Source: Perna viridis (lineage: Eukaryota). From it: a stretch of DNA of 64,000 nucleotides. Below the pieces are notes generated by a model. The model made no database searches and was not told the origin of the DNA. It saw only the letters and a list, made by a program, of their open reading frames with translations. Below are positions 36,301 through 45,980 of this stretch, in pieces. The position numbers and the translations under genes are program-made. The stretch is taken from the NCBI GenBank assembly GCA_037379345.1, contig CM074518.1:2852001-2916000 (forward strand), in the 5' to 3' direction. Each line of letters starts with the position of its first letter. The stretch's first letter is position 1.

Positions 36301-36963
36301 GCCTGTTGATGTGTGAGTAAACCCACAATAGTCATGGAACTGTTTAATTCTATAAATAAATCATAAATTCATACATACTTTTTAACACAATGCAAATACT
36401 CTAGAACTCAGTAGATTGGTACTACTACTGTTATCAAATTACCTAAAGCTTATCTGATACATTTACATGTATTTAACTCATTCTTATAGGCTAAAAATAC
36501 AGAAATATTTTTTTTCTTCAGCGAACTACATTTCTTACATAGTAGAAGAGATTAATAGCATTTATCTGAAATTTTGAATGATTTTGTCAGTTAAAACCCT
36601 ATATTGAAACTAATTACCTTTTTTCAAAACAATGAAATACTCACCTGTCAACTGCTGCATTTTCTACAGAGTAGAAATCTGAATCACCATTTCTTTCTGG
36701 AGAACACTTCCAAGTATCAGGAGAAACATCTTTCAGCAAAATATTGTCCAGACACCAGGCACTTTAATTATTAAAAGACTGTCATGAGAATCAGATGACA
36801 TCTCTGCATCAATGTCAAGGTAGGTTTTAAAATATGATAAAGAAAATACATGTATCAAATTACATGTACCAGAAGTAAAAATGAAATTAAATAAAATGCA
36901 TCCAACAAACAAAATTTCCAATGAGAATGGATTTGACCTGAAGGGTAGAACAGACATGATCAT
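21368..36963 (-). CDS. FAM199X: FAM199X homologue (~353 aa, ET-like domain)
   Basis: Minus-strand exons join in frame: (36938-36963 tentative), 36645-36761, 36168-36349, 31542-31830, 25931-26082, 21972-22090, 21368-21544 (TAG). Translation includes GTSIASSEC, WNDLNEAEKVTVVDQLSQRISQDLGLREQLEVIRMIDPKSHASPTDEQFLIDITNMTEEKIEKIQDYIKTH and ERRSGLFVKEEVLS...EEEDIDIIG*, matching FAM199X blocks as I recall them. The start codon is uncertain. Confidence 0.85.
22181..22249 (-). ncRNA. SNORD54: C/D-box snoRNA, SNORD54/U54-like, copy 1
   Basis: Minus strand reads AAGGCT-ATGAGGA(box C)...AATATACGCTATA-CTGA(box D)-GCTTT with a terminal stem. The guide is complementary to conserved 18S AUAGCGUAUAUU. It lies ~90 nt upstream of the FAM199X acceptor at 22091. 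Confidence 0.85.
22674..23142. repeat. 49-bp minisatellite x ~9.5 between U54 copies 1 and 2
   Basis: agcagaggtataaaaatccaatccatctgcacctgataactgattttgg repeated. Confidence 0.9.
23347..23394 (-). ncRNA. SNORD54: Shortened SNORD54/U54-like copy 2 (possible pseudogene)
   Basis: Intact guide AATATACGCTATA+CTGA and a GAAG/CTTC stem, but box C is degenerate (GTAGGA) and the body is shorter. Confidence 0.55.
23751..23820 (-). ncRNA. SNORD54: C/D-box snoRNA, SNORD54/U54-like, copy 3
   Basis: GAGGC-A-ATGAGGA...AATATACGCTATA-CTGA-GCCTC with a perfect 5-bp terminal stem and the same 18S guide. Confidence 0.85.
24435..24560 (-). ncRNA. H/ACA snoRNA copy A (3' hairpin guide for 18S U105-equivalent)
   Basis: Hairpin GCACTT...AAGTGC, hinge AGATGA, hairpin ATCCTG...CAGGAT, then ACA+3 nt. 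Pocket ATAACT/TTTAAT matches 18S AUUAAA-U-C-AGUUAU. Confidence 0.7.
24566..25659. mobile_element. Tc1/mariner-type MITE, copy 1 (~1.1 kb)
   Basis: TA-flanked imperfect TIRs cagtggattccgcttaattgcata / tatgcgattaagtggagtcgactg; near-identical copy at 30015-31128. Confidence 0.85.
26182..26310 (-). ncRNA. H/ACA snoRNA copy B (18S U105-type guide)
   Basis: GCACT...AGTGC hairpin, H box ACATTA, ATCCTG...CAGGGT hairpin, ACA 14 nt after the start of the 3' guide TTTAAT; ~100 nt upstream of the acceptor at 26083. Confidence 0.75.
27049..27177 (-). ncRNA. H/ACA snoRNA copy C (near-identical to copy B)
   Basis: Near-identical to 26182-26310, with boxes intact. Confidence 0.7.
27207..27848 (-). mobile_element. 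HINE-like fragment interrupted by a further insertion
   Basis: agggcaataactccaacatggctaa (27207) resumes near 27675 (atttgaccagagatagatctcatcatgctg) and ends with gtgatggcaatagctcacaagctaaaaaa. Confidence 0.5.
27943..28069 (-). ncRNA. H/ACA snoRNA copy D (diverged 3' hairpin guide)
   Basis: Same two-hairpin layout, H box ACAGCA and ACA box; hairpin-2 pocket changed to GATAGCA/TTTTAT. Confidence 0.6.
28615..29509 (-). pseudogene. H/ACA snoRNA copy E with its 5' hairpin expanded by a 32-bp minisatellite
   Basis: Both ends match copy D (plus-strand tgttatcctgcat... at 28618 and ...aagaaacctataagtgc at 29509); the interior is ~25 tandem copies of a segment present once in copy D. Confidence 0.6.
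28692..29492. repeat. 32-bp minisatellite (aacctcctgtagccatacaatcaatgacaacc) x ~25
   Basis: Direct tandem repeat visible in the sequence. Confidence 0.95.
30015..31128. mobile_element. Tc1/mariner-type MITE, copy 2
   Basis: Same TIRs, TA flanks and internal sequence as 24566-25659, with unrelated flanking DNA. Confidence 0.85.
31927..32774 (+). mobile_element. pogo/Tigger-like internally deleted DNA transposon
   Basis: TA-flanked TIRs ccatatagcgggttattttcg / cgaaaataacccgctatacgg, repeated subterminal cgcgaaaat motifs, and a remnant ORF MSILNFFKP... (32219 onward). Confidence 0.8.
33109..34035. mobile_element. Older pogo-like MITE
   Basis: TA-flanked degenerate TIRs caatattttccagactataagttgat / atcaactcatagtccagaaaatatgg. 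Confidence 0.65.
34228..34765. mobile_element. TIR MITE carrying an internal 45-bp tandem repeat
   Basis: TIRs aggcctaaaaa..tgtttccggtaac / gttaccggaaaca..tttttaggcct; unit gtggagacccattatcacagtaacaacgttatggcgaacaccagt x5 (34382-34609). Confidence 0.75.
34960..35790 (-). mobile_element. HINE-like copy (reverse)
   Basis: Reverse-complement similarity to 7551-8318 along its length. Confidence 0.65.
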
Positions 36964-37491
36964 TTTCTCTGACCCCTAAGCCTCCTCTTTTATACCAGGT
37001 TTTGGGTCAACCAGAAAGTATTCAAATAAACTGTAAGAGGGTTGCAAGTCACATGAAATTCAGACCAAGGTAGACAGTGTCACTGGCGAGCGCTAGCTAA
37101 ATCACTGAGAGTGAGCAGGATGAGGCCCCTAAAACAAGATATTAACATTTTGACCAGAGATTGACAGTATGCTGACTTGTGCTGTTCTACAACTACCATC
37201 AAACTACGCACTGGTGAATTTCAATTCTGATTTTTTTTCCAAGAAATGTAAGAAACATTCCGTTGACACTTACAGATATTGAACTGTAAAAGTTTAGAAC
37301 ATGTTCTGCATCTATTTTGCACTGATACAAACTAATTGTACAATGTTATGTTCAACAAGTCTACTTTCAGTGCTTGATAATAAAAAAGCACATGTTACAC
37401 ATGTTCAGAAATCAAGTCCGCTACCATGCAGTATAACAAAATTATACAAACCTATGTAAGGTTAAAACGTTGTCAGTGAACATCTTTTTAC

Positions 37492-38234
37492 CAGACTTGA
37501 ACAGGCTTTAATACTTCTTCATGTTAATTCACTTGCGGCATACAATACTCAGCTAGCGGTAGACCAGTTAAGTGTTCACAACCGGCATGTGTCACCACGT
37601 GTACCACCTACTGCCAATTGGAGACAGTAACAAGTTATTTGATTGGTTCGTTATACTCATGTAATTTGCATAAATGTTAACGGATTTTTTTAAAAATCAA
37701 TGCCTAGAAATGTGCCAGCATGATGTCAAATAGCGATACACAAACATCGCGCTTTCAATGCACTCAAATAAATAAAATGAGACAAAATGTTCTAATAAAT
37801 AAATATTTAATAGTCCTAGTTTCACTTTCGCGGATTTTTTTCTTAGCCAATCAAATTGGAGTTGACAAAGTAAATTGTAAGAGGCTGCAATTGGGTTGGT
37901 TCACTTATGTTCATACTTTCCATGGTTTAATACTACATTAAATCTTGTGCTTAAGTCATATCGGTGTATATACGTACATCTATACACAATATAATTGCAC
38001 AATGGCATTCAGATGATTTGAATTGTGGTATTCATGTATTCTTTCTTTTGCATAAATACGGAAATGTCCCAGAACGATTTTGATACTACAAATTTCCCTT
38101 TGTGTCAGTAGAAAGTTTTGATCAAAGGCTCACTTATTGCATTTTCATGGAACAATAAAACATCGACATCAAAATTGAAGTTAACAATACCCCAGGAGGT
38201 TTTTGACGAATATTTATCTAAAACAACTACTGAG
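37492..38234. promoter_or_regulatory. Putative bidirectional promoter region of FAM199X (-) and Hikeshi (+)
   Basis: Divergent genes; a minus-strand donor-like site at 37490-37491 may end a FAM199X leader exon. Motifs: CCAAT boxes near 37642 (reverse) and 37847, E-box CACGTG near 37596, octamer ATTTGCAT 37664-37671, ISRE-like AGTTTCACTTTC 37818-37829. Confidence 0.55.
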
Positions 38235-41200
38235 ATGTTTGGACTGCTTATACCAGGACGTCTGGTAAAAACATAAAGGGGTTTTGCAAAGCCAAAGATA
38301 AGAACAGAGACTTTTACAAATTAAAATTCTTTATGAACACAATATTGGCAATGGCATAATGTTATATGGGACAATGGCAACAATAACGACACTGATTGAA
38401 GATCGATTGAAATGTAAATAGAGGGAGGATCAATTAACTTGTCTGCCAACAATCCTTGTGTAAAAATTGTGTATAAGAATTGTTGAATTTTTCAAAATAA
38501 TGCTACAAATATACCAACTAAGAGAGTATTTCATAATATTATTTTAGCATTGTAACGTATGATTTTTTTATGACTTTTGTTACTCTTTATGGTGAAAATT
38601 GAAGTTTTTGTGTTATAAAGAGTCAACTTTTTGTGTGATTTGTTGGCTTGGATGTCGGCTTGTGTATTGAACAAACAAGTGTTGAAAATACCTGAAAGGA
38701 TTGTTGTTTTAAAGGATTATTGGTCTTGCAGATCATATTTTTATGTCAATATAGATTGTTTTNNNNNNNNNNNNNNNNNNNNNNNNNNNNNNNNNNNNNN
38801 NNNNNNNNNNNNNNNNNNNNNNNNNNNNNNNNNNNNNNNNNNNNNNNNNNNNNNNNNNNNNNNNNNNNNNNNNNNNNNNNNNNNNNNNNNNNNNNNNNNN
38901 NNNNNNNNAATTTAATATTTATTTTTCAGATATATATATATATATGGAAAATTACAATAACACTGACAAAAAGCAAAACAGTAACATAACAATTTAAGCA
39001 CATTAAAGTTTTCATAGATAATTAAAATCATCTTTATCTGCTGCTGTGTCTGGAATGTCTTCTGTATAGTAGCTGTGTTGTCAGGTCTGGTGGTCATTGT
39101 AATCATTCTTTTTCTGTATGTGTATTGGGTCTGAGTAGAAGTCCTTTTTCTGTTCTGTGGATGGTTTCTGTGTAGCCTGTCTGGGTTGTAGTCTTTTGAA
39201 TGTTGTCTCCAAAGTGTAACAGCAAGTGTCTTGGCTTTGGTAATTGACGCTATGGTGGAGTTGTTGATGTCTTGGGTAAAGTCTGCCACCTAGGCTGGTG
39301 CTTCATGTATCTGTCCGCATCTGTAATCTCTGTAAGTCTTTCATATCGTAGTTTTTCATCTTTATTAATATGCTGTTTGTAGACGTCTTCTGTCACTAAG
39401 GTTGTTGGTCTAGTTGTGGTCTAGTTGTGGTCAATGTTCTCTTCATCTAGTCTTTCTGTTGTCCAGTTTTTGAAATAGTTGTTGGTATGTCTTATGATGA
39501 TAATGTTGACTTTCTCTTTTAGTGTTAGGGTAGATAGTAATGCATTTGAGTACAGCAGTAGTCAATACAACAGCCCTTTTAAGGGCTACCAAAATAGTTT
39601 AAAAAGATTCTTAAATTGTTATTATCAGTATATTTTTTTTAATTAAGGCCAATATGCCATGTATGTTAAGATTAAGAATTACAAAGTTCAAAGAGATTAA
39701 TTAAGTTTTTATCAAAACACACACCAAGCTTGGACTAATTTCATAATTTGGATAAAAATGTTCCATATTATAAAAAATATTTTCTCTCAAAATTGTTCAA
39801 TATTTGAATAAGTCATATTTATAAAAAAAAATTGTAACAATCCTTATAAATTATGTTTTACATAATAATACATATAACAGTCCTTTTACAATCCTTATAT
39901 ACAATCCTTTTACTAAATTTTTATACAAGGATTGTTAATAATCCTTGTGTACAAGGATTGTTGGCAGACAAGTTAATTGATCTGAGAGGGACTGGTCACT
40001 CAGGACAAAGTCTGTATGATGTATAAAAAAGAACTCTGCCTCCTTGTTCTTTATACTGGTTAAAATTAAAGCCTATAAAATTTACATTTGACCATACTAT
40101 AATGCATCCTGAGGGAAAGAGAAATTATTAAGGAATTTAGTTCTATAAGTTTTAAAATTGACAAATGATAATGACAAAGTTATCATGAAAACACTGAAGA
40201 ATGGTGTGCTCCCCAAACACTAAATATTTAAAAAAATATCAAAAGTTACCTGTAAAATTCAATAATTACTTACATGTGCATGTATTATTTAGCAGTAATT
40301 GCCCAAGGGAAAATTAATGATTTTTTTCAACTTCTAACTGTAAATTAAGTATTTCAAACACATTATTATGTAATTGGTACTAAATACTTACGTTTAAACA
40401 ACCAAAAAGACACAATGATTAACAGTTTGCTGGGGCATAGTTTATGAAAATGAAAATTTTGATATTTCTTTCTCACAACTCAGGTATATTCATTTAGTGA
40501 TCATTATATTGTTATTCAAAGCACATTTATTAAATAAGTCATTGCCATTCAGCAGATTTTTCTCTTTCCGAACCAAAATTGTTTGACTGGTAAAGAAATT
40601 TTAAAAAATTGGAATATATTTTCCCCTGAGAGATACAAATACAAATATAAATACTTCATTGGCATAAACTCATAAAGGAAATATGGTTATATTCCACAGA
40701 TGAAAACATCCCAAATTTAACAAAATGACATGAATGTACTTTATTTAAGAAGGAACCTACTGCTTTGCTCAAGTTTAAGACTAATGCCTTCCTCATATTA
40801 TTAGGAAGGTGAAACCTCAAAGAAACAAAAACCTTTAATAGTTTTTGTCAGCCCTGTTATTATTAACTTCCAAAATGGTAAAATTTGTTATGATATACTG
40901 TTTTTAATGTCCTAATGCATTCTCCTAATTGTCATGATCTAAAATATGTATGTGCAGTAATGTTTAACATTCATGAAGAACTATGGGTTGTCATGGTTCC
41001 AAATGTCTATCAGTCAAATTATCTAGTATTGATTTAAAGCTGATTAAATCATTTTCATAAACATTCTGGTGCCATGATTTGACCATCATTTAGAATCTTG
41101 GAAAAAGGTAAGATTCAGTTTGTATTTAATCATTGAAGCTAATGAATGTTTTATGGGACTGATGTGGTTCTCATTTGCAATTATAAAGTATACAAGAATG

Positions 41201-44200
41201 AAGCTGTCATAATGCTTTTTTTAAGCTCCTGATTTTACATGCACAAACTGGATGGTTTTTCTTGCCTTAAGTATGTACTGAACATCATTATCGCTCCCTT
41301 CTGGAGTATATAATCATAAAACCACTGATTTAGTATAACACTGACTACTTCAATTACTCATTAGGGCCCCACCTTAGGTGTGTCGCCCTATAGTGATCAG
41401 TCTGTCCATCCGTCCATAACAAATTCGTGGCTGCTCTATATCTAGAGAACGTTATATGATTTCAGAGTTTATACTTGACATGTATATTAACCAACACCAG
41501 AGGGTGTGTCATAATGTAAGTGCAACTTCCTAGGTCAAAGGTCAAGGTAAAAAACTTTGGTTTCAGTTGACAACCTCATGTCCTGTGGTAAAGGTCTTCT
41601 GCTGGCTGACCCCAGTTGACCTCAATATAAAAGATGAACTTTTCTGGAACTGAAATGAATGTGAAAGTCATCCATATTTTAGAGTGTTGCTTGAAATTCC
41701 ATACAGGGATGGACGCTGGGTACAGTACAGATTTCAAACTCTGACATTTCTTTTTTAAAACCTGTTAAATTTTTCAAAATTTGGCATAAATTCTTAAGTG
41801 GAGTTGTTACAGAAACATAAATTTGGTAAGGAAAGTAAAAAAAAAAAGAAAATTACACATTTTGTAATTTTGAGAAAAGAAAGCCTGTGAAACAAGAAAT
41901 CTAAGAAAAATATCCATGATATTCATGACTTGGAAGGAATTCAAACAGCTTTTTGAATATGTTTTCAGAAGATAGGAATTAAACATTATGAATTTAGTTC
42001 TACAAAAAAAGTACAATGTCAGTCTTCCATATAACTGTGCACTTTAATTAATGTCAAAGTTTTGTATTACTTCGTATACTGCCCCTAAGCCATTGACTGG
42101 AATTTGTCCTTATTCACATTTTGAAATAAACTCCTACTAATTTCTATCAGAGATGGACTTCTCAAAGGTTTTATTGTATTAAATCACTGGTTTAAAAAAA
42201 TTTGAAAAAAAACATTATATTTATAAAAGACGGCCCAATTAGTTTCACCTTTGATGCCCTGTATTATATGTATGCCTTGATTGATTTGTATGGTTTTGTT
42301 TTCATTGAGGTTCTCTGATAGTTTCTGATGGATTTTAGTAAGAGATCATTTTAATAAGGAAACAAAGTGGTGATAATAATTTTTGAAAAGTCACTTTGCT
42401 CAGGAGATTGATCTCTCACCTGCTCAAGTTTATCAAAAACATTTGACAATGAGAAATTCAAATGGCATAAAAATGTGCTCACTAAAATAATCATATTCCT
42501 TGTTATAACTGGTACCCTAACAACTAACATTTGGGTGTATATTGTTTAACCCTCATTCATCTGTCCCCCACATTTCCACACAAAAACTTTTATTGATAAA
42601 AAAGGGAGATATTTTCAAGTTTTGTACATTAACTCAAAAACACTTCCAAAAAAATAAAATGAACACATGGGAAAGTGTATATACAAATGTATCTATAGTC
42701 AGAATTTTCTTGATGGTATTTGATCCTATTTTCAGCTCAGCTGGCCAAAGGCCAAGTGAGCTATTGCCATCACTTGACGTGCGTCTTTAACAATTTTTCA
42801 AAATCTTCTCCCCTGACACTACTTGACCAATTGGAACCAAAGTTAGTATGGGTATCCTGCATAGAACTGAAGTAGGGAATTTTCATCTGTCGAAAAAAAC
42901 ATTGCCACCATTACTAAAAATAGAATGTAAGGTACAGACAGTAGTTTTTCGCTTATATCTCCAAAACTGTTAGGTTTAGCCAAATTTTTTCAGTTGTTGA
43001 AATGATCCATATTATACATTGTAAGGCCTACAAAAGTCTCCATAGGATCAAAGTTGTCAGACGACTCCTTGTAAGAGTTGTTGCCTTTGAAAGAAGAAAA
43101 ATGACAGTTTTTATTAACAGTTTTCAGCCAATATCTTGAAAATTATAATAGATAGAAAGAAACTCTCAATTGCTGAAATGGTCCTTATAATAAGTCCTAC
43201 CTAAGTTTGCCTGAGTCAAATTTTTTGGACAACTCGTTCAATTTATTGCCCTTGAAAGACAAAATTTAACCAGGTGAGCGATTCAGGCTCATGGGAGCCT
43301 CTTGTTTTAAAAGTCGCTATTTCAATATTGCCCCATTTATTCTATACAAAAAAAAATCTTGAGTTTTTACAGAGAGATAATCATAGAAAAATATACAATT
43401 CAGTTTATTAATGATGTAAATAATTATATGTTAAAGGTACAAGCTGATGTTCAACAAATAAATGAGACTCACTTTGTGTTCAATATAGAAGATGCTGACA
43501 ACATAAACCATATAGCAGTGTTCCTAACAGGACAGACACCTTTCCCAGATGGATATGGTGGTGCAGGTACACTCTATTTAATTTACCATATTCATTGAAT
43601 ACATTTGTACATTATTAGACTGACTTACCCCAGCAATCATTTAAGCATTAAATTTCAGTTTCATAAGTTATCTACAGACAAACATAAGCTTGTAAAGTAA
43701 ATCTGTTGGTATGTTCATGTTTGAAAATGCATTTTAGCAAGCACTGTTTCTTTTAAACTCATATTGAGTTGTACTATTTTCCAGAAGCCAGGGGAGATAA
43801 CTGTATTAATTATACATAAATGTAATCTATTTTTCAATAAAATTTATTATTTTTATATATTGTTTTGTATTTTTCAGTTTATTTTTCCTTTCCTAACCCT
43901 ACAGGACAACAATGGATTATGTTGGGAGTAATAGCTAACCAAAAACCTAGTGCTATATTTAAAGTTTCTGGATTGAAGTCAGGTAGTTTAAGGTTTCTGA
44001 TTTAGTAGGACGAAGTTATTTTGTTCTTATATGAAATTTTAATATGATGACATCATTATGAAAACTTGCAGAATAAAATATGAATGTGTTATTTAATTCT
44101 ACTCAGATTATCATATTTTTACAATTGAGATCTGTACATCAGTCTATCTATGCAGAATTTTGATGAATCTTGGTAGGTAGTAAAGACATCATATTAAATA

Positions 44201-45261
44201 GTGCATATTACTAAATAATTTGGATCCCATAAGTTTTGTGGATGATATGCCCCTTTCAATTCACGAGATAGTTCTGAAACAACTTTTCCACACAACTCTC
44301 AACTACACCACAGAGTTTGATTAAACTTGGTAAATTGTAGATAGTAAAGACACCACTGCTTGAAACATTGAATGGATGTTTTGACCATCTATTGACTAAA
44401 TTTTGTAGGGATTTTTTTTTCTGTTATTCCCCTATTAAATTGTAAATTTCACAAAATAGTTATAACTGAAGCAGGCAGAATTTGATTAAACTTGGTAAAC
44501 ATATAAGTATTTTATTAAATAAAGAAAGTTTGTTTTTATACATTGATGCTTTACTTTATGTGTCACCTAAAAACTTGTTTACATTAAGCTACTGTTTGGG
44601 GATAGGCTTAGAGGAGTACCAACAATTTTGCAAGCAAAAGCTTACTTCAATGTCACGATGTGGAAGACTCAATTTATACAACCTGTTTTAAAATCAGTAT
44701 TTTTATTGCCATTTGGCTTCAATGATATAAACTTATGAATGTTTTTTTTTTCCTGACGTAACTTCAGACCATAACCTTTTGTTATCATTGAGTGGGTGAC
44801 AATTTTAATTTGATACAGGCAGATTGTGTTACAAATTATGTTAAAAATAATCCAAACTATATAACATTAGATTGGAGACTTATTTTAAAGGCTGTTGACC
44901 AGCCAGCCTAAAAACTATGAATTTTGTTCAACTTTTTTCAGGAAATAATGACAACAATCCATTCGGGCAGTGCATACCTCATGTGTCCCATATGGCACAA
45001 ATTGGTATCTCCATAGAAACAATAGACCAACTCTCCCAGCAAACTCCTTCCTCTCAAGCTGTAGTATCAACAGCTGAAACCTTTGTTGAATTCTCACGCA
45101 AAATGATAGAAAACTTTTTCAACTTTGCCACATCATTTACACAAACACAGGCACAGATGTCACCAAATCCTTCAGAAAGTTATGTGCCATTAAGTACTGT
45201 TCAAACTTGGTATGAAAATTTTCTGAGAAGGCTGCAGCAGAATCCGTATTTCTGGAGATGA
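38235..45261 (+). CDS. HIKESHI: Hikeshi (Hsp70 nuclear import carrier, OPI10 family), 194 aa
   Basis: Exons 38235-38264 ([10 protein letters not shown]), 43437-43566, 43878-43982 and 44942-45261 join in frame (585 nt). Motifs: [63 protein letters not shown]. Confidence 0.95.
38428..39982. mobile_element. TIR DNA element in Hikeshi intron 1, spanning an assembly gap
   Basis: Perfect ~32-bp TIRs gatcaattaacttgtctgccaacaatccttgt / acaaggattgttggcagacaagttaattgatc; agaggga on both flanks (imperfect ~8-bp TSD). Confidence 0.8.
38763..38908. other. Assembly gap (146 N)
   Basis: Run of N. Confidence 1.
42729..43304 (+). mobile_element. HINE-like copy
   Basis: Head cagctcagctggccaaaggccaagtgagctattgccatcacttg and 3' hairpin caggtgagcgattcaggctcatgggagcctcttg. 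Confidence 0.7.
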
Positions 45262-45974
45262 TAAAACAAAGTTTGTATGGCTGAGTTTAATTATTATTGA
45301 ATCAGCCTGTATGTTTAATGTCGGTGTTCCATTGTCATGTAATATATTGGTATGTTAATTCTCTTGTTAATTACTCATCTGAGTTTATAATTTGTGTTAG
45401 TTGTTAGATATGTATTGGTCTTGGATGTTATTAAATGAATGTTTTCGAAATACGGAACTGAATACATGTACAAGTAAGACATTGAGAAGATCATAAACTG
45501 TACAATGGTCTGAGTTCATGAATAGAAATGTTTGTATGGTCCAGGTTTCTATTTGTTTACATTCGATACATTGTATGTGGATTGTAAGACCCTTCAGCAG
45601 TCACATGGTAATTGGAAAGGGATGGAACTAATTGATTATGGATAATAACACTTACAGTTTCTAATCTGGAGACTAATTAATATGGATTGGTTATTTGTAT
45701 TGAAAGCCATCTCCCTTTTTTTTAGCGTATTTTTCATGATATCCATCTGTCTGTCACTAAGTCTCTAGTCTCTATATTTCCAAATTTTAGTCTTTAAATT
45801 AAGTTCATATTTTGGTTTCAAAGCTAAAGGACATTTTCTGTTTAGTTCTTTTTTGTTTGGTTTTTTTATTTTTTTTAATGTTTTATGTTGTGTTTTCTGA
45901 TGAACTGTCATACTTACTCAAGTTTTTCTGTAGTAGAATGGTTTAACTATTTGTATTTTGAAGTATATCAATGC

Positions 45975-45980
45975 AATAAA
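45975..45980 (+). promoter_or_regulatory. Candidate Hikeshi poly(A) signal
   Basis: AATAAA ~710 nt after the stop, followed by T-rich sequence. Confidence 0.4.

Noticed and set aside
36733-36735. TGA ending the 76-aa ORF as possible selenocysteine
   Set aside because: That frame meets TAG before the donor and is not the frame that joins the FAM199X exons; no SECIS recognised.
38631-39289. ORFs across and beside the N gap
   Set aside because: Two are open only because of Ns; the 125-aa minus ORF lies inside a TIR element and shows no domain I recognise.
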